The notes beneath the pieces were generated by a model. That model did no database searches and was not told where the DNA came from. It was given only the letters and a program-made list of their open reading frames with translations. A stretch of 38,995 nt of DNA. Source: a virus. Numbering within the stretch: the stretch's first letter is position 1; each line of letters opens with the position of its first letter. Below, piece by piece: positions 1-6,625 of this stretch. A program made the translations under genes and the position numbers. The stretch is from the IMG/VR virus record IMGVR_UViG_3300024581_003864, positions 1 to 38,995 of that record. One strand, given 5' to 3'.

Positions 1-99
1 CAATCTGCAACTCTAACTGGAACATCTTTAAAATATAAATCACGAATTTCTTCTTCTGGCTTGTACATTAGCCTATCTATTGTCTCATCGATTAACTTT
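1..99. repeat. Terminal direct repeat, copy 1 (circular-closure or assembly overlap, or a true DTR)
   Basis: Bases 1-99 (caatctgcaactctaactgg...catcgattaacttt) recur base-for-base at 38897-38995. Confidence 0.95.
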
Positions 100-641
100 A
101 GTTCATTACAATGAAAATCTCCTAAATCTGGTTCCCTAAAAGGACCATCTTCAGGTCTTTTAGGAGTCACTTGAGAACTAAAATTATTGATAATTTCATG
201 AAAATAAGTAGGTCCCATTTTAAAACATTTCTGACATTTATCTACACAGCATGTTTTTATATGATTTGCACCGCAAAGCTTTCTAGAAAATGCCTCATAA
301 AAATCAAACTCAATAAAATAAACAAAAATTTTACACAAATCGTGTACTTTTCTCAATAAAACTCTACTATGTTTCATTTTTTTCAAGATATAAAGAATTA
401 ATTCTTCAAATCTATATTTATTAAAATAACGTTTCCCATCTTCCTCATATTTCATCTGAATGGCAAATTCTCTTAAACATCTATCTATCCAATATGGAGA
501 TAGATCTTTCCATCTTCCACCCCCTAAATAAACTGTCATTGTATCCTCATCATAAAGTTTTCCATTAAAATATTCATCTCCATCTAGGAGGACAATACAC
601 TCTTTACCAGTAAATTTACTCCAATAATCCTTAAAACTCAA
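1..641 (-). CDS. DUF4065/Panacea-domain protein (PanA-like antitoxin candidate), N-terminal and central part; the gene wraps the window ends
   Basis: I checked the minus-strand frame by hand from 641 to 3 and found no stop. A TTG at 641 overlaps the stop of the upstream 43-aa ORF (TTGA). The translation contains ...FEELILYILKKMKHSRVLLRKVHDLCKIFVYFIEFDFYEAF...CFKMGPTYFHEIINNF..., which fits the Panacea pattern (KLxKLLYxx...GP..). The ORF track misses it because it runs off the window. Confidence 0.6.
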   Translation of the reverse strand, partial: MSFKDYWSKFTGKECIVLLDGDEYFNGKLYDEDTMTVYLGGGRWKDLSPYWIDRCLREFAIQMKYEEDGKRYFNKYRFEELILYILKKMKHSRVLLRKVHDLCKIFVYFIEFDFYEAFSRKLCGANHIKTCCVDKCQKCFKMGPTYFHEIINNFSSQVTPKRPEDGPFREPDLGDFHCNELKLIDETIDRLMYKPEEEIRDLYFKDVPVRVAD

Positions 642-769
642 AATTCTTTTCCATCAAGCCATATCAAAACAGGTATAAAAATAAAAAAAAATACGAGACC
701 GAATACAAAATCTAGCGAACGAAGACAAACAAAATACGTAAATAGTTGTTTAATAGTTAGTTCATTCAT
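638..769 (-). CDS. 43-aa hydrophobic peptide (candidate membrane toxin partner of the Panacea gene)
   Basis: An ATG at 769 is preceded by aagggtga. The translation is MNELTIKQLFTYFVCLRSLDFVFGLVFFFIFIPVLIWLDGKEF, with one clear TM segment. Its stop overlaps the TTG start of the downstream Panacea gene. Confidence 0.5.
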   Translation of the reverse strand: MNELTIKQLFTYFVCLRSLDFVFGLVFFFIFIPVLIWLDGKEF

Positions 770-823
770 AATCACCCTTACAAATTCATTTATAATTTTA
801 TTTATATATTAATAATAATTTCA

Positions 824-852
824 TTGCAATAAAAATTATTTTAAAATAGCAT
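824..852 (+). promoter_or_regulatory. Putative sigma70-type promoter, copy 1 (ttgcaa-N17-tagcat)
   Basis: ttgcaa at 824-829 and tagcat at 847-852 have 17-nt spacing. They are part of a 62-nt block (824-885) duplicated at 1668-1729. Confidence 0.4.
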
Positions 853-881
853 GAGATTTTAAACCAAGTAAGGAGAAAATT

Positions 882-1385
882 ATGGTTTACAAGACACACC
901 TCGTTGCAAAAATATTCAAATTCAATGCTGAAAAGGCTGGGATAACAATTGAAACTAAAAAAATGAATCAATTAATTTACATTGCTAATGGTATATGTTT
1001 AAGTAAAAAAAGCGTACCATTAGTAGATGAAGCACCGATAGCCCACATAAGTGGCATGTTCTTCCCTATGCTTTGTATAGCAGAATTTAACGACCCCAAA
1101 CTTGATAAGGGTTTCAAACAAGCATCTTATTTTTGCCATTCCGATGATCCCATTTATTCAAATACCTATACAGAACAATATACCTCAACAGAAGATTCAA
1201 AGATCATAAATAATGTTTGGATTGATTTTGGAAATCATACTGTTGCAGATCTAGAAAAATTTACTATGGACACAACCAGTGCTTGGTATCAAACAAGGCT
1301 AAACTATAGAGGACCATTACCTATAAATGCAGTGATTAGTACTGATCTAATAAAAGAGGAATTTAAAAAAAAAGCGTGGAGCTAG
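882..1385 (+). CDS. DUF4065/Panacea-domain protein (PanA-like), paralogue 1
   Basis: SD aaggag lies upstream. Motifs: VAKIFKFNAEKAGITIETKKMNQLIYIANG...PLVDE..., and C-terminal TSAWYQTR, which resembles the Panacea C-terminal 'sPW' motif. It is a paralogue of 1726..2247. Confidence 0.7.
   Translation: MVYKTHLVAKIFKFNAEKAGITIETKKMNQLIYIANGICLSKKSVPLVDEAPIAHISGMFFPMLCIAEFNDPKLDKGFKQASYFCHSDDPIYSNTYTEQYTSTEDSKIINNVWIDFGNHTVADLEKFTMDTTSAWYQTRLNYRGPLPINAVISTDLIKEEFKKKAWS
1365..1373 (+). promoter_or_regulatory. A9 homopolymer; candidate -1 frameshift or transcriptional-slippage site
   Basis: The sequence is ttt aaa aaa aaa gcg, 10 nt before the stop. The -1 frame is open from 1367 to 1657. Confidence 0.35.
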
Positions 1386-1657
1386 CAGATCTCTGGAAAC
1401 GAGAAGTGCACAAAGGGATGCGTGAGTACTTCAGAACTAAAGAGTTAGCACCTTATGATTCTTTAGGATCTGAAACCATTAAATTTGTACGATTCAAGCG
1501 GATAGATGATTCATGTAGTGGTAGGGAGAATAGGGAACATGTAAACGACATTCCCCCTAGTGATCTCCTCCCTATTGTAAGTAAAAGAGTTGTAAACGAG
1601 TTTGAGGAGTGCTTTGCATTACTTGAAGAAGAAATAGAGACACTTGAAGAAGACTAA
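1376..1657 (+). CDS. 93-aa ORF in the -1 frame of Panacea paralogue 1: either a C-terminal extension by frameshift or a coupled partner gene
   Basis: GTG start overlaps the upstream gene by 10 nt, and no SD lies at a usable distance (the nearest gagga is about 17 nt upstream). The C-terminus is acidic (EEEIETLEED). Confidence 0.45.
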   Translation: MELADLWKREVHKGMREYFRTKELAPYDSLGSETIKFVRFKRIDDSCSGRENREHVNDIPPSDLLPIVSKRVVNEFEECFALLEEEIETLEED

Positions 1658-1667
1658 TCAGCAGTAG

Positions 1668-1696
1668 TTGCAATAAAAATTATTTTAAAATAGCAT
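1668..1696 (+). promoter_or_regulatory. Putative sigma70-type promoter, copy 2 (ttgcaa-N17-tagcat)
   Basis: Same hexamers and spacing as 824-852. The 62-nt blocks 824-885 and 1668-1729 match at 58 of 62 positions (hand alignment). Confidence 0.4.
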
Positions 1697-1725
1697 GAAA
1701 TTTTAAACAAAATGAGGAGAAAATT

Positions 1726-2247
1726 ATGGTAGTTTCAGTTAGTACCGTGGCAAAGGAATTCAATAAGCTAGCATGTAAAGAAGGCATGAAATTTGATAAT
1801 AGATTTAAATTGCATTTTCTATTGTATCTAGTGCAAGGAAGATCTTTAGAAGAACAAGAAATCCCCATGATAAATGATCTTGTCTATGCTGGTCCAAATG
1901 GGCCATTTTTTATGGTGCATGAAATTAATCATCTAATGAATGAATTTTATCTCGATGGAGTTGCGATAGATCCAGAGGGACTTTTCTGTACTACTCGCAC
2001 CATAACAAATGATCCGCTTGTGCCCCATTATAAAAACAATGATAATTTGTTAGATGAAGATTTTCAAAGGATACGATGTATTTGGAACGATTTTGCAAGC
2101 TATAGTACTAAAAAATTAAAAGAAACCTTAACTGAAATTGGGAGCCCATGGCACCAAACAAGATATAACTGGAAAGGATCATTGCCTAAGTTCGTTCCAA
2201 TTGATAATGATTTAATTAAAGACTGGTTTAAAAAAAAAGACCTCTAA
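1726..2247 (+). CDS. DUF4065/Panacea-domain protein (PanA-like), paralogue 2
   Basis: Motifs: VAKEFNKLACKEGMKFDNRFKLHFLLYLVQGRSL...AGPNGPFFMVHEI...GSPWHQTRYNWKGSLP...DLIKDWFKKK. The C-terminus aligns with paralogue 1. Confidence 0.7.
   Translation: MVVSVSTVAKEFNKLACKEGMKFDNRFKLHFLLYLVQGRSLEEQEIPMINDLVYAGPNGPFFMVHEINHLMNEFYLDGVAIDPEGLFCTTRTITNDPLVPHYKNNDNLLDEDFQRIRCIWNDFASYSTKKLKETLTEIGSPWHQTRYNWKGSLPKFVPIDNDLIKDWFKKKDL
2230..2238 (+). promoter_or_regulatory. A9 homopolymer; candidate -1 frameshift site (same position as in paralogue 1)
   Basis: The sequence is ttt aaa aaa aaa gac ctc taa. The -1 frame is open from the run to 2399. Confidence 0.35.
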
Positions 2248-2399
2248 GAGATAACACAACATTAGGATCAACATTTAAGGCAACTGTGATTGATGAGGTC
2301 CGCTCAGTTCCCGAAAGCGTCATATTTTTTAATAAGATAGATCTACAAAAAGAAAAACACAGAAAGATGCTTGAAGGAGATACATTTAAGAGTAACTAA
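2238..2399 (+). CDS. 53-codon open -1 frame following Panacea paralogue 2 (possible frameshift extension)
   Basis: Hand translation: RPLRDNTTLGSTFKATVIDEVRSVPESVIFFNKIDLQKEKHRKMLEGDTFKSN, then stop. There is no ATG before codon 44 (an internal GTG sits at 2286), so the ORF track does not list it. Confidence 0.3.
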   Translation, partial: RPLRDNTTLGSTFKATVIDEVRSVPESVIFFNKIDLQKEKHRKMLEGDTFKSN

Positions 2400-2416
2400 T
2401 GGATAGGAGGCGATAA

Positions 2417-2680
2417 ATGATTCATGAACGAATAAGATGCTTGAAATCGGATGACTCAGTCATTGAGATTGACAACTTTAGTTATGTATGCTCTATTTCT
2501 GAGTTTGATGATGATCCAATATTTAAAGATATATATGAAATCATTGATCAAGACGAACTAACAGACAAGGAAAAACAGATCCTTGGAAGAAGAATATTAG
2601 CACAGGCTGTTCTTGGTGATCCTATCAAACATTTTGGTAGTATATATGCATTTGAAAATGCTCTTAGGGAAGGTCTATGA
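2417..2680 (+). CDS. Hypothetical acidic protein (87 aa)
   Basis: SD ggaggcg lies 5 nt upstream of the ATG. I recognised no motif. Confidence 0.55.
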   Translation: MIHERIRCLKSDDSVIEIDNFSYVCSISEFDDDPIFKDIYEIIDQDELTDKEKQILGRRILAQAVLGDPIKHFGSIYAFENALREGL

Positions 2681-2682
2681 GT

Positions 2683-2973
2683 TTAACCAAATAGATCCTC
2701 TTGAAGCAGTAGTTTTTCCATCCCACGCATGTCTTTTATACGTCTCTTTTTAGCAATTATATACCTATTGTATCTAGTTGAACTTCTTGTACCAAATAGA
2801 TCTTTCATTTCTACTGCACCTTCACTTTCTTGATAAATTGCATATGCAAGCCATAGATGGGGCGTACCCTCCCCCTCCAGTAAACGATACGCTGTAGGCT
2901 TTGTGATAGTAAATATATCTACAATTCTATCAACATTCAACATAGATCCTTCTGCCCATTCCTTGAACAACAT
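2683..2973 (-). CDS. Putative helix-turn-helix DNA-binding protein
   Basis: VDRIVDIFTITKPTAYRLLEG looks like an HTH. I prefer Met22 (2973) of the tracked ORF because ggagg-tttaaa-ATG precedes it and this removes the overlap with the upstream gene. Confidence 0.45.
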   Translation of the reverse strand: MLFKEWAEGSMLNVDRIVDIFTITKPTAYRLLEGEGTPHLWLAYAIYQESEGAVEMKDLFGTRSSTRYNRYIIAKKRRIKDMRGMEKLLLQEDLFG

Positions 2974-3013
2974 TTTAAACCTCCGCCAAATATGAATATT
3001 TTGCAAAGAATCG

Positions 3014-3289
3014 TTATTTTTGTCCAGTTTTATCATCTAGATCTGCCAATACATTTATTTTTGGCTCTATTTTTGTCTCGATTATCAATCTCATCCTTTC
3101 AATAGAATATGCAAGTCTATCTAACTTTTCAACAGTCTCATTCATTCGATCGGTACCTAGACCATCTAATTTTTCAATAACCTTATTTATTTGATCCTTG
3201 CTTAGACTGTATGAATGAATTGAAACTAAACATAGAAAAATATCTAAACCTAATAACACCCCAATAGTCAATAACAAAAAAATAATCAT
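3014..3289 (-). CDS. Small single-pass membrane protein with a coiled-coil tail (TM-CC family)
   Basis: N-terminal TM MIIFLLLTIGVLLGLDIFLCLVSI, then heptad-like EKLDGL...EKLDRLAYSIERMRLIIE. The ATGA overlaps the upstream mini-gene. Confidence 0.6.
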   Translation of the reverse strand: MIIFLLLTIGVLLGLDIFLCLVSIHSYSLSKDQINKVIEKLDGLGTDRMNETVEKLDRLAYSIERMRLIIETKIEPKINVLADLDDKTGQK

Positions 3290-3435
3290 TCTACACTCCT
3301 TTCTACTTCTATGATTTCTGAATTTCTTTCAATTCTATCCAATCTTTTGTTAATGATTTTGAATGATGTATCCGACCACATAAATAAAGAAATTAGTGCA
3401 ACTATAATAACAGGTGCATAAATTTCAAAATCCAT
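3286..3435 (-). CDS. 49-aa membrane mini-protein (TM-CC family), not in the ORF track
   Basis: Strong SD (gaaaaaggaggtgaaagta-ATG). Translation: MDFEIYAPVIIVALISLFMWSDTSFKIINKRLDRIERNSEIIEVERSVE. The stop overlaps the start at 3289. Confidence 0.55.
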   Translation of the reverse strand: MDFEIYAPVIIVALISLFMWSDTSFKIINKRLDRIERNSEIIEVERSVE

Positions 3436-3523
3436 TACTTTCACCTCCTTTTTCTGACTAATATCATACTTAATATTTTAATAACCAAATTTTTCTCGCA
3501 ATCGACCTTAGGGGAAAAACTGT

Positions 3524-3552
3524 TTGCACATTAACGATCTAACTGCTATAAT
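3524..3552 (+). promoter_or_regulatory. Promoter ttgcac-N17-tataat giving a probably leaderless recombinase mRNA
   Basis: The -35 is at 3524-3529 and a perfect -10 at 3547-3552. The ATG at 3559 is 6 nt after the -10, and there is no SD. Confidence 0.55.
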
Positions 3553-3558
3553 TTACCC

Positions 3559-4242
3559 ATGAAAATTTACGCATATTTGAGAGTTTCAACAAGTCAACAA
3601 GAAGAAAGTGGAGCAGGGAAAGCAGCTCAATTAAAATCTTGCCAAGATTGGGCTAGAGCTAAAAAGGAAACAATTGAAAAAGTTTTTACCGAGAAGGCGA
3701 TAAGCGGATCAGCTCCACTAGAAAAAAGAAAAGCTCTAAAGAATGCCATTGAAGCCCTTAAAAAGGATGACGTTCTTTTAGTTGCAAAAAGAGATAGGCT
3801 TGGAAGAGATATATTAAATTTGAATTTAATAGAATCTTTAGTTGAGAAGAAAGAGGCAAAGATTATCTCCTGTGCTGGCGAAGGTACAGACTCTACAAGA
3901 TCATCCGATAAACTGATACGAAGCGTCATTGATGCAATTTCAGAGTTCGAAAGAAACAGGATAAGAGAAAGAACACGAGAAGCACTTGCAACTAAAATAG
4001 CCAAGAACGAACGAACAGGACGTATACCATTTGGATTTAAGCTTTCTGAAGATGGAATTCATATAGAGGTGTGCGAGATTGAGAAGGAAACTCTTTTGAT
4101 GATAGGTCGATTAAGATGGTCGGGAATGAAACTTAGAGAGATTGCTGGGGCTATGAATGAAACAGAATTCCTTAATAGAGGAAGAAAATGGAGAATATCA
4201 TCTATACATAATATGCTAAAAAAAACGCAGATTAAGTTTTAG
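3559..4242 (+). CDS. Small serine recombinase (resolvase/invertase family)
   Basis: N-terminal MKIYAYLRVSTSQQ catalytic-serine motif, VAKRDRLGRD, SEFERNRIRERT, and a C-terminal HTH-like region. At 227 aa it is too short to be a large serine integrase. Confidence 0.9.
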   Translation: MKIYAYLRVSTSQQEESGAGKAAQLKSCQDWARAKKETIEKVFTEKAISGSAPLEKRKALKNAIEALKKDDVLLVAKRDRLGRDILNLNLIESLVEKKEAKIISCAGEGTDSTRSSDKLIRSVIDAISEFERNRIRERTREALATKIAKNERTGRIPFGFKLSEDGIHIEVCEIEKETLLMIGRLRWSGMKLREIAGAMNETEFLNRGRKWRISSIHNMLKKTQIKF

Positions 4243-4270
4243 ACCGCTAACTCTCTCTCCTAAAACAGTT

Positions 4271-4311
4271 TACCCGTCATTTTAACACAGCTACCCCGTC
4301 ATTTTAACACA
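4271..4311. repeat. Tandem 19/20-bp direct repeat (tacccgtcattttaacaca / taccccgtcattttaacaca)
   Basis: Copies sit at 4271-4289 and 4292-4311, in the 71-bp gap between the convergent recombinase and array gene P1. Confidence 0.85.
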
Positions 4312-4313
4312 AA

Positions 4314-5126
4314 TCAACCTTTAGCGTCACCTTTGCGTAACTCTCCCATTAATTTAGTGGCAAGTGCATTGGCGTCACGATATCCTTTACTATCTACATT
4401 GGTGAATTTATTTAATTTGTCTCTAAATTTAGAAGCTCTTTCCTTTTCTCGTTCTAGACTTTCAAGAATACACAAACGAGTTACTGAAATGTTCAAAAGT
4501 ATTGGAGATTCTAATTTATAACCTATCAATAGCAAATCATCCTCATGAAAATGATTGGTGAATGCAAATGAACACTTAGATAATAATACATTAACATCTG
4601 AAGTTGCTTTTTTAAAATCTATTGTTTGTAGTGACCTAAAATAACTTCTTAATTCAATAATCCTATCTCCTTCAACATATTCCTCTAGCGATTCATATTC
4701 CCTTTTTGGCTTTAAGAAGTCTAATACATCATAAGAATTATTAAATTCCTTAATAAGGTGAGTGAATTCTTTTCCGCTTGTTCCGTTTCCGTGACTATTC
4801 AAAGCATTTTGTACTGCACTATTAAATTCTGCCGCACGATCATTATCATTAAAGATATGTGTAAAATATGAGTACCTAATGACTAAGCTCTTAAGAACAG
4901 TTCTTAGCGTGTCTATTGATATTGTATCAATACATTCTTTATCATTAAGAGCCATAAAGCAACTATCATACATATTGTATGCTACTGAAAGGACATCTTT
5001 ACAATAAGGATTACCCCTACAACTATCATCAAGGTTGTTTATGGTACGTGCCATATTGCAAACAAGTCTAACCTTCCCCCTTTCTGCAAGCTCTTCAAAT
5101 GTTTCTTTTTCGGTTTCTGTTTTCAT
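4314..5126 (-). CDS. Array family member P1 (acidic helical protein, two repeat modules)
   Basis: SD aaggag. Modules: ...MALNDKECIDTISI...LKSLVIRYSYFTHIFNDNDRAAEFNSAVQNAL and ...FHEDDLLLIGYK...LLNISVTRLCILESLEREKERASKFRDKL. Confidence 0.8.
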   Translation of the reverse strand: MKTETEKETFEELAERGKVRLVCNMARTINNLDDSCRGNPYCKDVLSVAYNMYDSCFMALNDKECIDTISIDTLRTVLKSLVIRYSYFTHIFNDNDRAAEFNSAVQNALNSHGNGTSGKEFTHLIKEFNNSYDVLDFLKPKREYESLEEYVEGDRIIELRSYFRSLQTIDFKKATSDVNVLLSKCSFAFTNHFHEDDLLLIGYKLESPILLNISVTRLCILESLEREKERASKFRDKLNKFTNVDSKGYRDANALATKLMGELRKGDAKG

Positions 5127-5225
5127 CTATTATCTCCTTTAATCATGTTGACAAAGTGAACATATTTCCTTCATATGTTTAAATTTTTAAGAAAAATGAA
5201 CATATTTTCGCACCATCATGCACAA

Positions 5226-5305
5226 GAAAAGCCTGTTTTGTGTGCACGATACACGAGTCATGCACAAGAAAACGCTATTTTGTGTGCACGATACAACTAT
5301 TTGTT
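5226..5305. repeat. Two 38-bp direct repeats, each an imperfect palindrome, plus a third partial copy to 5334
   Basis: tcatgcacaagaaaaGCCTGttttgtgtgcacgataca (5226-5263) and tcatgcacaagaaaaCGCTAttttgtgtgcacgataca (5268-5305). A partial copy tttgtgcatagataca lies at about 5319-5334. Confidence 0.85.
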
Positions 5306-5528
5306 ATGTTTGTGCATAGATACAATCATATAAAATACGCCCCATGTCATAGAAACGCACATCACGCATGCCACTATAGACTCGCATATACATTTAGCTA
5401 TTTCAACATTCTCACTCATACCAATCTACCCATTTTCGTGCCCTCATGCAAAAGGTTCAATCTCTTATTAAATACGCAAGAAATAAAGAAAAAATAATTA
5501 TTACAATTGTTTCTCCTGTTTCACTCAT

Positions 5529-6371
5529 CTATAGATCGTCCCACCTAATTCCACATATCTTCTCGGCCAAACTGGTTAAAGCAATATAAAGCTCGTGAAC
5601 TTCTTTAATAAGAATACACTTCAAGCTCTTCTTAAGCTCGGAAGCCCTTTTTCTTTCCCCTTCTAGTCTTTCGAGAATGCACAAACGAAGAATTACCATT
5701 TGTAAAAGTTGTGTTGATTCTACACGAGAAAACGCACTTAATAACTCATCATCTGAAAAAAAATTAGCATAAGGCAACGCACACCTTCGTATCAATGTAG
5801 ATATAGTTTGTTTTGTGTCTCTCTCCTTTACTTTTACTGTACCTAAAAGATTTCCCTCCACTATTTCTATTGTGTCTAAAAAATTTCGTTCCATTTTTTT
5901 ACATCTAGTTTTCGCAATGAATTGTTCTAAAGAATCATACCTCTCTGGCGACTCTCCCATTGAATAGAACATATCCTCTTCATACTCTGTTTCTAGAAAA
6001 AAATTCAGAGCTTTAGAAAATAGATTATTGTCAAAACATCTCTTCTTTAAAACGCCACGTATTCCCGAATTAAACTCCATTGCACGATCAGCATCGTTGA
6101 AAAAATGAGTAAAATATGTGTATCTTATAACAAGTGCCTTGAGCACTGCGTCATTTATAACACCTGATAGCAGTTTGAGAGACTCATTGTCACTGAGTAA
6201 CATAATACAATCATTAAACATCGAAATGGATGCACGTACAACAGTGTTAAGATAAAAATCCATTGAACGGTTTTTTATGGCTTTGTCTACCGTTAAACAC
6301 GCATCACATATAAGGCGTAAATTGACTTTTTCTATAAACTCATCGAATGTTTTAAGTTCTGTTTTGCTCAT
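5529..6371 (-). CDS. Array family member P2
   Basis: Closest paralogue of P1: LKALVIRYTYFTHFFNDADRAMEFNSGIRGVL and FFSDDELLSAFSR...LLQMVILRLCILERLEGERKRASELKKSL. Confidence 0.8.
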   Translation of the reverse strand: MSKTELKTFDEFIEKVNLRLICDACLTVDKAIKNRSMDFYLNTVVRASISMFNDCIMLLSDNESLKLLSGVINDAVLKALVIRYTYFTHFFNDADRAMEFNSGIRGVLKKRCFDNNLFSKALNFFLETEYEEDMFYSMGESPERYDSLEQFIAKTRCKKMERNFLDTIEIVEGNLLGTVKVKERDTKQTISTLIRRCALPYANFFSDDELLSAFSRVESTQLLQMVILRLCILERLEGERKRASELKKSLKCILIKEVHELYIALTSLAEKICGIRWDDL

Positions 6372-6403
6372 AGCTCAAGATCCTTTAACAGTTCCCCAAC
6401 ATT

Positions 6404-6625
6404 TCATTTATCTTTTTTATCCATCTGTTCCCTCAAATATAAAAGCTCCTTCTCTAGATCATTCATTCTGGACTTGTTCATTTTTATAAAATCGTAGTGA
6501 TAATCAAAAACCTCTAAAATTGATTTGGTTGTATCAATAGTGTATTTGTGGTTTCTATAAACGATTGCATTAAGAACACAAAAAGAAATTGATGACAATA
6601 GAGCACAAAAACAAATATCAACCAT
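6404..6625 (-). CDS. Small membrane plus coiled-coil protein (TM-CC family)
   Basis: TM ICFCALLSSISFCVLNAIV, then MNDLEKELLYLREQMDKKDK. There is an 8-nt overlap with the upstream gene. Confidence 0.5.
   Translation of the reverse strand: MVDICFCALLSSISFCVLNAIVYRNHKYTIDTTKSILEVFDYHYDFIKMNKSRMNDLEKELLYLREQMDKKDK

Noticed and set aside
3559-4242. The serine recombinase as a Gin/Cin-type invertase switching tail-fibre genes
   Set aside because: The recombinase is about 14 kb from the fibre genes, and the three fibre-tip paralogues are co-oriented. I saw no inverted copies of the 19-bp repeat or any other inverted repeats flanking them. I cannot fully exclude this without a computational repeat search.
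4800-4900. R-x5-H motif (IRYSYFTH in P1, IRYTYFTH in P2) as a possible HEPN RNase signature
   Set aside because: It is present only in the two closest paralogues, and the equivalent position in P3-P7 lacks the His. The residue after the Arg is not the polar residue typical of HEPN, so this is probably coincidental.
5240-5497. 85-aa Cys/His-rich plus-strand ORF in the P2-P1 gap
   Set aside because: It starts at a GTG with no SD. Its Cys/His content is a by-product of the tgcaca/gtgcac repeat motifs, and it lies antisense to the operon direction.
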